Source of the DNA: Eledone cirrhosa
Taxonomy: Eukaryota
Assembly (NCBI GenBank): GCA_964016885.1
Contig: OZ024740.1
Coordinates: 31,186,001-31,250,000, forward strand
Direction: 5' to 3'
DNA: 64,000 bases
Shown here: positions 39,648 through 52,735 of the stretch, in pieces
Layout: every line of letters begins with the position of its first letter
Position numbering within the stretch: position 1 is the first letter of the stretch
Position numbers and translations under genes: made by a program
The notes under the pieces: model-generated
Told to the model about the DNA's origin: nothing
What the model saw: the letters and a program-made list of their open reading frames with translations, nothing else
Databases searched by the model: none

Positions 39648-40186
39648 CTGTGAATACAAAAAAATAATAAAGATATGAAAAATATCTAGTTTTAAAAATT
39701 GGAATGTGCACAGAAAATTAAATATATACTGCTTTCTGAGTTGAAATCCTGCTGAGTTCAACTTTGCCATTCTTCCTTTCTAGGTCGATAAAAAAAGTAC
39801 CAGTCCAGTACTGGAGTTGATTCTTCCTCATCTGGAAGAAATCTGCTGTACTCAGGCCTAGAGAAGGATGGGCTCCGCCAGGCTTAAAAAGTGCCCAAGA
39901 AACGACATATGTCAATACGTTACTCCTATGACTCTATCAGGAGTTACAGAACCATACCATATATATCTGTATATATGAATTGAATTAGTAACTTTCATCA
40001 TATTTTTAACTACAGAAAATAACAACAGGGCATATAAGACCCTAGAATGGCAAAAATGGGCATCAGAATGCATGGGAATTGAACCCACACCTCTTATTTT
40101 CATGATAAGTGTGCTAGCTGATTACACAAACTTGCTCACTCATTACTAATTCAATTCAATTTTCAAAGAGAGAGAGAGAGAAAGAG

Positions 40187-40376
40187 AGAGTTAATTCCAC
40201 AACAATTACTAAACCATACTTGAGGACACGTGTTTCACCTAATATAGGATTTTCAACCTGTGTATGGTTGTAGTGACTTCTGCTCTCACTACAACCACAC
40301 ATGGGTTGAAAATCCTATATTAGGTGAAACACGTGTCCTCAAGTATGGTTTAGTAATTGTTGTGGAATTAACTCTA
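40187..40376. repeat. Fold-back inverted repeat (arms about 90 bp, 9-nt loop) in CISD3 intron 2, PLE pLTR-like
   Basis: AGAGTTAATTCCACAAC...GTAGTGA cttctgctc TCACTAC...GTTGTGGAATTAACTCT. Contains GAAAC-ACGT-GTC, a hammerhead 3' half. Confidence 0.9.
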
Positions 40377-41839
40377 TACTGAACTAATCCTTTGGATATA
40401 CGCCTTCTGATTTTTTCACTACTATATGCAACACCTCCCTCTACCGTCTCCCCTCCCATACACCTCCCTTTGCTGTAACCATTCCTCTCTTATCACCAAC
40501 ATCCTCAATTTCCCAAAGCTTCTCTCCTCCATCCTTCCTAGTTCCTATCCCACACCATGACCCCCCCCCCCTGGAGCTACGACAAACGCGTCATTCCACA
40601 CTGTAAAGTGGTCGTGTAGGTGACAAGACAAAAAGCACCCAGCACACACTGTAAATGTGGTTGGCGTTAGGAAGGGCATCCAGCTATAGAAACCACACCA
40701 AAATCAGCCCCGGGTGAACGAAACACGGTCCTCTGACTTGACTCTCTCCCAAAGGGTCAGCCTGTCCTACCCATGCTAGCGTGAAGAATGGACGTTAAAC
40801 AATAATGATGACGATATATATATAATAAATGTTTAAACTTGTGTCAAAGCTGATCTAGCAGACCTATTATCAAAATCGTTCCCAATGTGATGCTATACTT
40901 TACTCAGATATAGTGTATCCAGGATTAATATGCAGTGAGAAACATTTGGTTGCTATTTTTAACAGGTCAAATGACCATGTAAAAGCTCCTTCATTGACTC
41001 ATATAACCATGTGATTCTGGTATCAATCCCAATGAGTAGCATCTCAAACATAAATCTTTTATGATAGTATTTTGTGAGTGGATTTTTGTTGACAGAAAAA
41101 GTGCAGAAGCCAGTCGTACACATGTCCCAGCATGGGTTTAATAAAAGTACCTTGCAGTAATTTTAACTGAGTTATCTCACTTTATATCAAGATAGAATTT
41201 AGCTATTTGATAAAGATATGACAAATTACTGACATCAATATAATTCGTTGAAGAACAGATAGGTTGACTCTCAAACCAATGTTTGTAAGTATTCTAGACA
41301 TGAACATTGTCTTATTTTCAAATATATTGCATCTAGGACAACATTATCCAAATGTCCTTTTTAAGATGATTGGTATAATTTGAAGGCGATTTAACTACTA
41401 TTTCTAGCAGGTCGAATGAGCAACTGCATAAAGGCTCGTCAGCTCATGGGTGATCGTTTGAGTATAGTTGTATATGTATTGACGATAATGATAACCTTAC
41501 TTTTTAATACTCATAAGAGGGAGTGTACTAAAAAAAAAGCCTCTTTATTGCAAAACAAAACTTCATTTCTGCATAAATTCAATCAATACTACTACCGTCA
41601 ATTTTACTATCATCATCATTGTTTTACGTCTGCTTTCCACACTGCCATGAGTTGAACAGGTTTTCACAGTCTAAGACAAGATGAGTTGAAGCAACCTCAT
41701 CTTGCTCATATGCTCCATATTTGGCATGGTTTCTGTGGCTGGATGCCCTTCCTAACACCAGCATTACTACTACTGCTGCATATGAAAAGCAACTGAAATA
41801 AGTGTCAAGTTATTTATTCTGACTAACAAAATAACTCAC

Positions 41840-42034
41840 CTGCCGCTTGCTGTGCCCACAAGTACACCAAGAATACCACTTTCCAGCTCTTAGCTCAATC
41901 TTGAATGGTTTCTTATCATAAATTTTGCCTTTTGTTGGACCATCAACACTGTATTCATTAACAAATTTGGGGGTTTCTGGATGAGGACGTTTCCTAGTAA
42001 GAATTTCTGGTCGCATACATCGAACTTGAACAAC
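41840..42034 (-). CDS. CISD3: CISD3 internal coding exon (65 codons)
   Basis: VVQVRCMRPE...KIYDKKPFKIELRAGKWYSWCTCGHSKRQ. Acceptor TTTTTAG at 42035-42036, donor CAG|GTGAGT at 41839. The phase-0 join to the last exon rebuilds WCTCGHSKRQ-PFCDGTH. Confidence 0.93.
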
Positions 42035-42125
42035 CTAAAAATAAAAGATGTGTGCGTCTATATGTATATATATGAGAAGCATGCTAAATTCGTATTTTCT
42101 GGTATGTTTACATGCCTACATATTA

Positions 42126-42355
42126 GATAATAAAAATAATAATGAAAATATTGTGTACAGTGCTCAGGTGCACTACAACTCATCAAAAAGTGTATGTATA
42201 GTACATAGGGTAATGTACAAACGTCCGGAAAATGAACAGTCATGATATACACATGTATGCATGTGTATGGAAGGGGTACATCAGGTGTAGTTTTGGCTAA
42301 TTTCGGGAAGCATGAGGGTTTTAAAGGATGCAGTGTCTCGGCAGCTAACAACTGA
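42126..42355 (-). mobile_element. CR1 3' end fragment
   Basis: Reverse complement of about 31650-31880. Confidence 0.85.
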
Positions 42356-42439
42356 CGCTTCAACAACTCTAAGCATGAAAAAATGTGTATATATCTATAT
42401 ATGTTGGTGCAGTCTTGATTACAGGGTGTACTGAGAGCC

Positions 42440-42892
42440 TCTTGTGTCAACAGCATGGCCACCTGACAAAGGAGCCCACAGTCCACCCTGTAAGCTGGTT
42501 ATGCCGGTGACAAGCACCCAGTCCATGCTGGCAGCATGACAAAAAGCACACAGTTCACCCTGTAAAGTGGTCATGCTGGTGACACAATAAAAAGTACCCA
42601 GTCAATCCTGTAAAGTGATCATATCGTGACACGACAAAAACTACCCACTCAGCCTTCTAAAGTGGTTGTGTTAGTGACACAACAGAAAGCACCCAGTCAA
42701 CACAGTAAAATGGCTTTGCTGTTGACATGACAAAATACACCTAGTCCAACCCTGTCACTGTAAATGTGGTTGTCATTAGGAATGGCATCTAGTTGTAGAA
42801 ACCAAGCCAGAAACAGTTCTGTATGAGCAGGACATGGTCATCTGTTCTGACTTGTCTCACAACAGCATGGAAAATGGACATAAAATGATGAT
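42440..42892 (+). repeat. RTE 3'UTR-derived element with about 8 degenerate 40-bp tandem units
   Basis: Repeated ACAAAAAGCACCCAGTCCAC.CTGTAAAGTGGTC..GCTGGTG, then an RTE tail ending (GAT)n. Similar array on the minus strand at 58045-58330. Confidence 0.7.
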
Positions 42893-43915
42893 ATATATAT
42901 ATATATATATATATAGTGCCTGTTGTTGACACCTTTTAACCAAGTGGTTAAAAGGCATCAGCAGAAGGGCACCCAAGAGTTATGACATGGATGTGGCTCA
43001 GCCCCCTTAGAGTGTATATATAAGTGTACAATAAAAATTTCTTATATAGGCTAAAGACCTGATTTTTAAAGGGTGGAATATAATGAATTATATCAACTCT
43101 AGTTCTTGGTTCTTTATGTTATCCACACTGAAAGGATGAAAGGCAAAGTTGACCATAGTGGGATTTTAGCTCAGAATTAAAGAGCTGGAAGAAATTTTGC
43201 AAGAAATTTTGGATCTGTGGAAATTCTACTGGATATATGCTGTATCCATTAAAATTTACATACTTGAAAGTATGCTTGCATTTTGAAAAACCTCTACAAT
43301 GCAAGTTGATTATAAAATAGTTGGATAAGTCAGATAAATAACACATGGAGATGGAAAAATTGAACAGAGCCACATGCAAGAATCTAACAGCACATCTGTT
43401 ATATGCCTGATGACTACATTACACCAAAACACCTTTGAATAAGTACATTTTCTCTGATTCACCTAGTGTTTCTCAATTGTGTGTGTTGGCTATGTGATAA
43501 ACACTACACAAATATAAATTATTGATCCTTTGATGTAAAGATGTTTAATAACAGTAGAATATATCAGGTGACAATTTATGATAATCACAAGAAAAGTCAT
43601 CTTTGAGCTATTTGTAATGGTTCTGGAATATTATAAAGATGTCTGCAGGTGCAATGAATAGAAAAATATATCAAACTATTAAACTCAGTTTTGAGATATT
43701 TGAGTATGGCAGGGTTTGTAAAGACCATGGGCACTGTCCCTCTTTCTGACTTAACAAAATAGGATTGCCACCCATCTATAAAATACTCATTCTTGTAATC
43801 CTTATCTTATTTTAAGACTTAAATATCTAAAGTTTGAGACATTTTGTGAACATTTCTTGAGATAGTTATCAAATAATTAGACAACTGGTAATACCCCATA
43901 GTAGAGTAACTTTAA

Positions 43916-44091
43916 CCTTTTAGCATTTAAACCGGCCATAATTCTCTCACCTCTTTCTGTTCTAAGAGGCCGCTCATACTGATGTTAAGGTATTGTTCTC
44001 AAAATAAGTATGATATTATGTGAGATAATTATGTGAGGTATTTACTATGAAAATATAATGGTAAATATAGAGTAATGTAAATGCTAAAGTG
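43916..44091. mobile_element. Second copy of the piggyBac-type MITE (CISD3 intron 1)
   Basis: TTAA|CCTTTTAGCATTTA ... TAAATGCTAAAGTG|TTAA; internal sequence homologous to 32002-32209. Confidence 0.8.
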
Positions 44092-44420
44092 TTAAATATT
44101 AGATAGGTAAGTAGATAAAACAGAGATATAGAGTCAGATAAATAGGCATTCATGAAATAGATAAACTGAGAGATATTTATTTTGCTTTCTTCTCTTAAAT
44201 CATTTTGTTGTTTATTCCAGGTTATGCCTCATTGAGCAGTCCTATGATGAAAGATATTCCAGGCCACAACTATTCCATCCTGTATTCTATATGTAGGGAA
44301 CCTAAAACTAAATTATCCGATGTCCTCTTTTTTTAATGATAGGGAAATTCAAAGGAAATTTAGCAGCCATTTGTAGAAGATAAAGCGATCATGCAAAGGC
44401 TCTATTGTTATTTCAGAATC

Positions 44421-47400
44421 ATAATAATAATAATGAAAATTATTGTGTACAGTGCTCAGGTGCACTACAACTCATTAAAGGTACATGTATAGTACATAGA
44501 ATAATGTACAAATGTCAGGAAAGTGAAAGGTGTATGAGTCATGATATACACACAGATACATGCGTGTGTATGGAGGAGGAATACCAGGTGTAGTGTTGGC
44601 GAATTTTGGGAAGCGTGAAAGTTTTAAAGGATGCAGTGTCCCGACAGCTAAAAACTGATGCAGGTAGTTTTATGTTTCAGCAACTCTGAGTATGAAAAAA
44701 TGTTTCCGAAAGTCATCGGAGCTGTACTGTTTTCTGACTTTGTAAGCATGTCCACGTGTGTTAGACATATGGAATTCAAAAAGGTGGTCAGGGTTGTTGT
44801 TGGAAGGATTGTTAATAATCTTGTGGGTGTCTACCAATCAGTTGCCAGGCGTTGGAGTTTTAATGTATCAATGCCCAGGGAAGCAAGGCATTCAGAGTAT
44901 GGTAGATGCCAGATGGAAGGTATTCGTTTGGTTGCATGTCTCTGAACAGTTTACGAGAGATCAATATTCTGAGCAAGATAGAGGTTCCAGACTGGTTACG
45001 TAAATTCTACGTGTGGATGCACCATAGCTATATACAGCTTTAAATAAATAGCAGGGGAGCAGCTGACAAAGATCTTCTTGACAATTTCAGAGATGTGCTT
45101 TGTCCAACACAAATTGCTGATGACAATAATGTTCAGGTCACATTCAAAAGACTTCTTGAGAATGGTGTTGTTGAGTGAGTATCTGAATGCTAAGTTTTTT
45201 CTCCCCAAATGCATGGTAGTAAACTTTCCACAGCCAGCTTGAGTTATCATTGCTGCATTGTGTCCAGGTCTGATTGCAAGAAAGATCTATAGCTTACAGG
45301 GTCTATTTTTTATATATCAAGGTATAGCTTGATGTCATCTGCATATTTCAGTACTGTGGCATTCTTTAACTTGGCATCTATGTCATTAATATATGCAACA
45401 AACAAAAGGGACCCAGAACAGATCCCTGTGGTACACCATATGTTATCTCATAGGGTGAAAAATGCTGTCCTAGAACTGTGACTACCTCTTTTTGACTGAG
45501 AATGAAGGACTCCAACCAGTTATAAAGATCATCTCTCACACCCATTGCAAAGAGTTTTGGCATAAGTCTTTTGTGTGGCACAAAATTAAAAGCTTTAGCA
45601 AAATCAAGATAAATAACATCTACCCATGAGCCACCATCAGTGATTCGAGTAATGCCTTTAAGAAACTCGATGAATTGATCACAGCAGCTGGAGTTAAGGA
45701 TAAATCTAAATTGCAAGGGTCGATTAAGGCTGTGAGAGTTCCAAAGCTTTTCTCTGACACAGGACTCCATTAGTTTCACAATGCAGCTAGTAAGACAAAC
45801 AGGACGATAGTTGACAGGTGACAGACAATCACCTTTTTTGAACAGAGAAATGACACTGGCAGTTTCCCACAGCTCTGGGGTACCACCGTTGTTAAGGCAG
45901 AATTGAAAGAGTGAAATCTGGTGCAGAAGAAAGTATCAACCACGTTTGAGAAGCAGGTACGTAACACCATCAAGACCAAGAGAGGCATATTCTTAACGTG
46001 GCATCACAGCATTGCAAGTGTAAATTCCATAGTTGCTATAAAATTTGATGATAGAGGTGGTGGAGATGGTACATTTTGATTTTCAATAGTAAAAATGCCT
46101 GCATAACATTCAGCAATAAGTTCTGCGCATTCTTTGGGATTATCAGTAATCCGGCCTGTGTGGGTATTGCGAAGAGGACAACAGGAGAGTGAGGTCTCTG
46201 CTTTGAGCGAACATATTTCCAGAACACTTTGCTGCCAGGGTTGGTGGCTATAGGCTGTTTAAATTCAAGCACTGCCTTTTCTGCTGCCTGCTTGAAATGG
46301 TTAGATGATCTATTTTTTTTTTTCTATTAACTTCTGATCTATGTAGTCTGTATTCATGTTCAACATCACACAGTTTTTTCCTGGCAAGTCCGACTGCTGC
46401 AGTCGCCCAAATTTCACTTTTGGGATGTTTTTGTTGTACTTACATGGTACTGATGCTGTACATGCTGTTTATATTGAATTCAGAATGTTCTGAAGTATAG
46501 TGTTCACAACTCCAGAGTCATAAAATTCAAGCCAGTTGGGGCATTGTAGCTCAGTGCAGTAAGACTTCCAGTCTGCTTTCTTCTAGTGAAAGCAAGAAGT
46601 TTGGAGATGGTTGTAGCTTTTATTACTGCCCATAAGAGACATATTGGCAATGATCATAGCATGATCAGAGTCACCTAAAGGTTCCTCAGTAGTGACACTA
46701 ATAACCGTTTCAGGAGTAGTGGTAAAGAGCAGATCTAAGTGTTGTAGGGGAGGTGACTACTTGAGACCAGTTTGAATCCAACACTAGCTCAAGGAAATCA
46801 TTTGCACTTTGCAGCCAATGAAAGGTTTCCCAATCAATCTCAGGGTAACTGAAATCGCCTGCAATGAAAACATAAGTGGCTGTTTTCCTGGCAGCAATTC
46901 TGAGGATATCAAAAAGCTGTCTTGGTGGTAATTTGGGGAGCGGTAAATAACTCCAAGTAGAAGTGTTAACATGGTCACATACTTCTCATAATTGGTTCAA
47001 ATCATCACAAGGAGTTGCTGAAAACTTTGAATGAATGTAGACCATCACACCACCACCACAACGATTGATGTGGTCTTTGTGAAACGAGTGGTAGCCAGCT
47101 ATACTAAAAACACCATCACAGAGTAAAGAATGTGCTCATGTTTCCGTGACTAATAAAATCGCGGTCAATACTTTTGACGTAAGAATCAAAAAGATGGATC
47201 TTGTTGCATACTCTACAAGTATTTAAGGGCAATTTGTATCTGTATTTCAGCTTATGATGATATATATAGGGGATGGCAGGTTGTTCTTCTTTAGTTTCCC
47301 ACAGCTTTTCCATGTCTCACCAGACGTAACAAATTTCCATATCTGCCCATCGTCACGTAGGCTACAACCTTCATTTGATGCTGAGTTTTAATTTAAGGAA

Positions 47401-47870
47401 GCTACAGCATGTAGCTTTGGGCACATACCAAGTGGTAAGCCAGGGCGAGTTCGAAAGGTAATTCGATTTTCATGCCTAGCCTTATCAGAAGCTAAATGGT
47501 ATGCAAATAGAGCTTGCAAACAACAACCTAATTAGTCTGGATTTGAGACCTGATCGACTAAGGCAGAGAGCACATTTTGGAGGAATACAGTCTAGGTCCT
47601 TGGACGAGTTGCCAGCTTGAAGATCAGTTATGTCTTCTGATACACCAATGGCAATTACTTCATGGGTTGCAGATTCAGTGGCTTTCTCGATGCATCTAGA
47701 TTCGGCAAGAGCAACGGGCAGATTTTTAAGCAAGACACTCCAATAAGATCCCTCATTGTGAGATTCTAGATGAATGCTTGTTTTAATTCCTGCCACGAAA
47801 GTGATAGTTGAACAACATAAAAGAAGGGACAGTGGAGGAGCTTGTGTTTCTTATTGTGCACATAAAACCT
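44421..47870 (-). mobile_element. Near full-length degraded CR1 LINE in CISD3 intron 1 (sense to gene)
   Basis: APE motifs (GGGVMVYIHS, LLLGVIYRSPN, LGDSDH), FWKYVRSK, DVIYLDFAKAF, GVPQGSVLGP, and a 3'UTR matching 31700-31885. Confidence 0.9.
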
Positions 47871-47896
47871 TTGTAGGTTAAAGATTTTGATTGTTA

Positions 47897-48078
47897 GATG
47901 TAAACAGTAGAGGAAGACCACGTAAAACATGGGCGGAGGTGGTGAGAGCAGACCTCAGAATGCTGAAACTTACCGAGGAGATGACGAAGGACCGTGACAA
48001 GTGGAGAGATGCTGTGTTGAATAGGACCCGTCCCACCATTGCAAGCAGGGAAAAAGCGGACGTAAAATGATGATGATG
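47897..48078 (+). mobile_element. RTE family C 3' end
   Basis: GRPRKTWAEVVRADL... and tail CCCACCATTGCAAGCAGGGAAAAAGCGGACGTAAAATGATG. Confidence 0.85.
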
Positions 48079-49427
48079 TCAGATACAACAATTCATTGTA
48101 TTTGTTCCAGTTCTCTATACTCTCAGTTCAAATCCCAGATATCGACTTTGCTTTTCAACCCTTCAGGGTCAACAAATAAACTAGCAATAAAGCCCGCCCC
48201 CTCTCTTCGAATCAGCAACGTTAAAGAAGCCAAGAAAGGACTGTTCATATTGTGGTCAACCAAGCACCACAATGTGGACTTGACAAGAAAGAATGTGTAT
48301 GTAGGTCGGTAAATGTGCATAACCATAGAGATGGGAAATAAAAAGTTTCAGAACTGTTTCAAATGAAGTATCAAAAAGAATGGAAAACTAGATTTCTATG
48401 ACCTTCATAACTGGGTCGAGCCTGGCTAGAAACAGGAAAAAGAACATAATAAAACAATTAAGGTACATTGAAAAAAATAGTGACGATACACGTTTATAAT
48501 AAAATTTGAGTTTAGATGGATTTAAGCGTTTAAAGTATAGGTATATATTTTACAATTAAATCCGTCTCATGCTGTAGGTAAAATTTGTTTTTCCTTTTTA
48601 TACTTGAACGAATTTGACCTTCAAAACAGTTGGAAATTATTCAGTTTTTAGTTACCAAGGGAGGGCACTCTTGGAGTTTTCGGGTTTGGAGGGGGAACAT
48701 TACACCTATTTAGCTTTGGATTTACCCTAATGTTTTTGAGTTTTGAGCACATATGGCCTTCAAAACTACCGGAAGTTATTCGTTTTTTTTTAGTTAACTA
48801 GGAAAGAGGTGGGGATAGTGGTGCCAATGTCACCCCTCCAGCAATAGTCTAATAAAACGCATAATTTCCGACGGTTTTTAAGATCAAATACCTTCAAATC
48901 ATCAAAAACTATAGGAAAAACATAAAACTTCACTTCCAACGTAAGACGGGTGTAATTGTGAAAATTCACATGTCCTTCACCTTGTTTCTTCCCTTATAAA
49001 TGTCTTAATAATATTTTTTTTTAATGAAATTTTGCAGAGATATACAATCAAATGTGTAGATGGTGATGATGTTGATAAAAAAAATTTCCGCAACTTATGG
49101 TTATAGAAATGAGATTACTTGCTCGTGACATTCATTATCCTGATTGATAACATTCATTATCAGCGTGAGATTGGAAGGTATGATGAAAAAACTAACGGGT
49201 TTACGTTTAACCTACGACAGATATAATTTCATAATAAAAGCAGTAATGAATAACACACTAAACTGTAGCTGTCATGAAGAGTAAGTTGTGAAAAATATCT
49301 AAAATTGTCTGGAGATGGTGTTTGATACAACACAGATAACGAGCATCGCTAATAAACAAACACACATATATATATATATATAAATTGCGAATGCATGCAC
49401 TTTGTTTAAATAATAAATCAAAGCTAC

Positions 49428-49487
49428 CTGGCACCAGTATATTTTCGACAATCGCAAACCGTGACAATGAGCCGACAGGAGAGACAT
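49428..49487 (-). CDS. CISD3: Probable CISD3 first coding exon (mitochondrial presequence-like)
   Basis: ATG at 49487 gives MSLLSAHCHGLRLSKIYWCQ then CAG|GTAGCT (phase 0, matching the next exon). No acidic residues; lies in unique sequence next to promoter-like motifs. Total protein would be 149 aa. Confidence 0.6.
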
Positions 49488-49494
49488 GCTGATA

Positions 49495-49700
49495 TATTAC
49501 CGGAAACCAGAAAATAAAACAGCAGCAAATATAATTACATACAAAATATTTCTGTTTTAAGTATTTTATAACAAAAGATATATTTTTTTGCAATACAGTG
49601 TTTATTAAACATATTTAAATCCTATTTTGTCAAATTACTTTCACTTTATTAAATGCCATACATATATGTTTCGCAGTAACGTTACCATAGCAACAAACAA
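49495..49700. promoter_or_regulatory. Putative (bidirectional) promoter with ETS-like CCGGAA and RFX X-box
   Basis: CCGGAA at 49500-49505. GTTACCATAGCAAC at 49681-49694 matches the X-box consensus GTNRCC(N0-3)RGYAAC. TE-free island upstream of the CISD3 ATG. Confidence 0.55.
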
Positions 49701-49739
49701 ACAAATAAATTCAATATAAATTTTTTTCCATCTTCTGAT

Positions 49740-49786
49740 ATGCCGAAATTTGTTTACCGAAATGAGTTTAAGACAAGTTCTTCAAG
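49740..49786 (+). CDS. Possible first exon of a divergent plus-strand gene
   Basis: ATGs at 49740 ([16 protein letters not shown]) and 49762 (MSLRQVLQ), then a strong donor AAG|GTAGGT at 49787, about 50-90 nt downstream of the X-box. No homology recognised. Confidence 0.3.
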
Positions 49787-49815
49787 GTAGGTGACAGTAT
49801 ATATATATGTATATG

Positions 49816-49868
<53 letters not shown>

Positions 49869-49899
49869 TTATATATATATATATATATGCACACACACG

Positions 49900-49997
<98 letters not shown>

Positions 49998-50271
49998 GTA
50001 TATATATATACATATATATATATGTGTGTGTGTGTGTACGTTTGTGTGTGTATAAACACATGCACACATTATATAAATGTATGTATGTAAACCAAAATAT
50101 GGGCAAAACAAAAGGAATTCAGTCTTCAACAACAACAACAAAAGAAAAAGATATAGAGATGTTTCGGACAATTTGTCCTTTGTCAAGATAGACTGGTAGA
50201 GAAAAAGAAAAATTCATATATATCTTATTGGTAAAATGTGTGTATATGTTATCAAACTAACTTTATATGTA

Positions 50272-50814
50272 CCATATAGTATCTAGAATAAGGATGGGTT
50301 GGAAGAAGTTTAGCGAGCTGCTTCCTCTGCTGACAAAGAAGGGTTTCTCCCTGTCTACGAAAGGCCGGTTATATGATGCCTGTGTGAAGTGCGCGATGCT
50401 GCATGGTAGTGAGACATGGGCAGCAACTGCAGAGGATATGCGACAGCTGGAGAGAAATGAAGCAAGCATGCTCCGTTGGATGTGCAATGTCAATGTGCGT
50501 GAACGACCAAGCATAGATGTGTTGAGAGAGAAACTGTGTCTGAGGGGATAGAATGTAGTGTGTGAGAGAGGAGACTGCGGTGGTATGGACATGTGATGTG
50601 CATGGAGGATGACCGCTGGGTAAAGAAGTGCCAAGAAATGCCAGTAGAAGGAAGACGTAGTAGAGGAAGACCACAAAAATATGGGCGGAGGTGGTGAGAA
50701 CAGACCTCAAATTGCTGAAGCTCACGGTGGAGATGACGAGGAGATGCTATGCTGAATAGGACCCATCCCACCCTTGCAAGCAGGGAAAAGCGGACGTAAA
50801 ATGATGATGATGAA
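50272..50814 (+). mobile_element. RTE family C 3' fragment
   Basis: SRIRMGWKKFSELLPLL...HGSETW... with tail. Confidence 0.9.
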
Positions 50815-50974
50815 TAAATGCGAAGACTAAAATCCAAAGAGGGATTGATAAGGATAAGTATATATCAAATATATAAGAACCCTAGAGCAAATATTTATTA
50901 AAATAACAGATTAAAGTTTAAGCAAAGAATTGCTGCTTTCACCCGTTAAGGGTGAAAGCAGCGATTCTTTAATT

Positions 50975-51811
50975 AAGGCAGATTGTATGATGCCTGTATA
51001 CGAACAGCAATGTTACATGGCAGTGAGACATGGGTATTGTGTGCAGAGGACCTGCGCAGACTGGAAAGGAATGAAGCATGCATGCTCTGTTGGATGTGTA
51101 ATAGTAATATACGCAAACGGCAAAACATAAATGAACTAAGTGAGAAATTAGGAATAAGAGGGATCAGATGCTGTTTACTTGAGAGAAGACTACATTGGTA
51201 TGGTCATGAAATGTGCATGACAGATGACAGCTGTATAAAAAAGTACAGGGCGATCAAAATTGATAGAAGTGACGGAGTAGGTAGACCCAGAAAAACCTGG
51301 GACGATTTGATAAATTCCAACCTTACACACTTGCACCTCTCTAAGACAATGTCAGTGGACTGAGATCTTTGGCGCCACACAGTAATACAGAAGACCCGCC
51401 TTGCCTATGTACAAAGGGAAACCTACAGTCAGTAGGCACCTCTTAACCAAATATACACTCCAACCCACTACTCCGTCTTCCCACTCCCACCAACACCACC
51501 CTTTCTCTGTAAAGTTATGTTGGTACCACAACATCCAGTCCAAACTAATGAGGTTGTGTAGGTGTCACGACAAAAAAACACACAGTCCACACTGTAATGT
51601 GGCCGTGAAGGTAACACGGTAAAAACCTCCCAGTCCACACTGTAAATGTGGTTGGTGTTAGGAAGGGCATCCAGCCGTAGAAAACCTGCCAGATAGTCCT
51701 ATATGAGCGAGACATGATCACCTGACCAATCTTGCCTCAAGTGGGACAATTCCCGTCTAACCCATGCTAGCGTGGAAGATAGATGTTAAACGATGATGAT
51801 GATGATGATGA
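50975..51811 (+). mobile_element. RTE family B 3' fragment
   Basis: YDACIRTAMLHGSETW...GRPRKTW, 3'UTR and (GAT)n tail. Confidence 0.9.
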
Positions 51812-51826
51812 TATACATATATATAT

Positions 51827-52380
51827 CATCATTTTACGTCCGTTTTTCCCTGCTTGCAAGGGTGGGATGGGTCCTATTCAGCACAGCATCTCTCCACTTG
51901 TCACGGTCCTTTGTCATCTCCTACATGAGCTTCAGTGATCTGAGGTCTGCTCTCACCACCTCCGCCCATGTTTTTCGTGGTCATCCTCCATGTGCATCAC
52001 ATGTCCATACCATCTCAGTCTTCTCTCCTGCACACCATAACTTATCCCTCTTATACACAGTTTCTCTCTCAACTCGTCTATGCTTTGTTGTTCATGCACA
52101 TTGACATTGCACATCCAACAGAGCATGCTTGTTTCATTTCTCTCCAGTCGTCGCATATCCTCTGCAGTTGCTGCCCATGTCTCACGACCATGCAGCATCG
52201 CGCTCCTCACACAGGCATCATACAACTGGCCTTTCGTACGCAGGGAGAAACCCTTCTTCGTCAGCAGAGGAAGCAGCTCCCTAAACTTCTTCCAACCCAT
52301 CTTTATTCTAGATACTATGGCCTCGGAACTCTCCCTCCCATGCTAATCTGATCACCTAGGTACCGGAAGCTATCAACCAC
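51827..52380 (-). mobile_element. RTE family C 3' fragment, tail-to-tail with the previous copy
   Basis: GWKKFRELLPLL...RRLRWYGHV, with an internal deletion before the tail. Confidence 0.9.
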
Positions 52381-52456
52381 TGAAATGATGATGATATATA
52401 TATATATAAATATATATAAAGAAGCAATTAAAAGATGGTTAAAAGAGTTCCATATA

Positions 52457-52522
52457 TTTTATTATGTGCATTTCGAATACAAAATCATCCTGGGACAAAA
52501 ATTGTATTCTCATCAGATAAAA
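52457..52522 (-). ncRNA. Minimal type I hammerhead ribozyme motif
   Basis: Minus strand: TTTTAT-CTGATGA-GAATACAA...TTGTATTC-GAA-ATG ca CAT-A-ATAAAA. 6-bp stem I, 8-bp stem II, AUA site. Confidence 0.8.
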
Positions 52523-52692
52523 TAAGGTAACATGATATGAGGCATAATTACAGGAAAGTGCTAAGTCTACATATATACTCCAAGTACATATATTCTAAGT
52601 CTACATATATACTTCAGTTACCAACTGTTGAGTGCTACTTATCTGATATATGCATAGTTTTATTGTTCTACAATATTACTCACCTTCTACAT

Positions 52693-52734
<42 letters not shown>

Positions 52735-52735
<1 letters not shown>

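Noticed and set aside
39648-39770. N-terminal extension of ORF 39453-39770
   Set aside because: Intronic sequence and SINE remnant upstream of the true acceptor at 39648-39649.
43407-43435. CTGATGA hammerhead candidate (also 16726 CTGACGA, 21868 CTGAAGA)
   Set aside because: No paired stem II followed by GAAA and no stem I complement.
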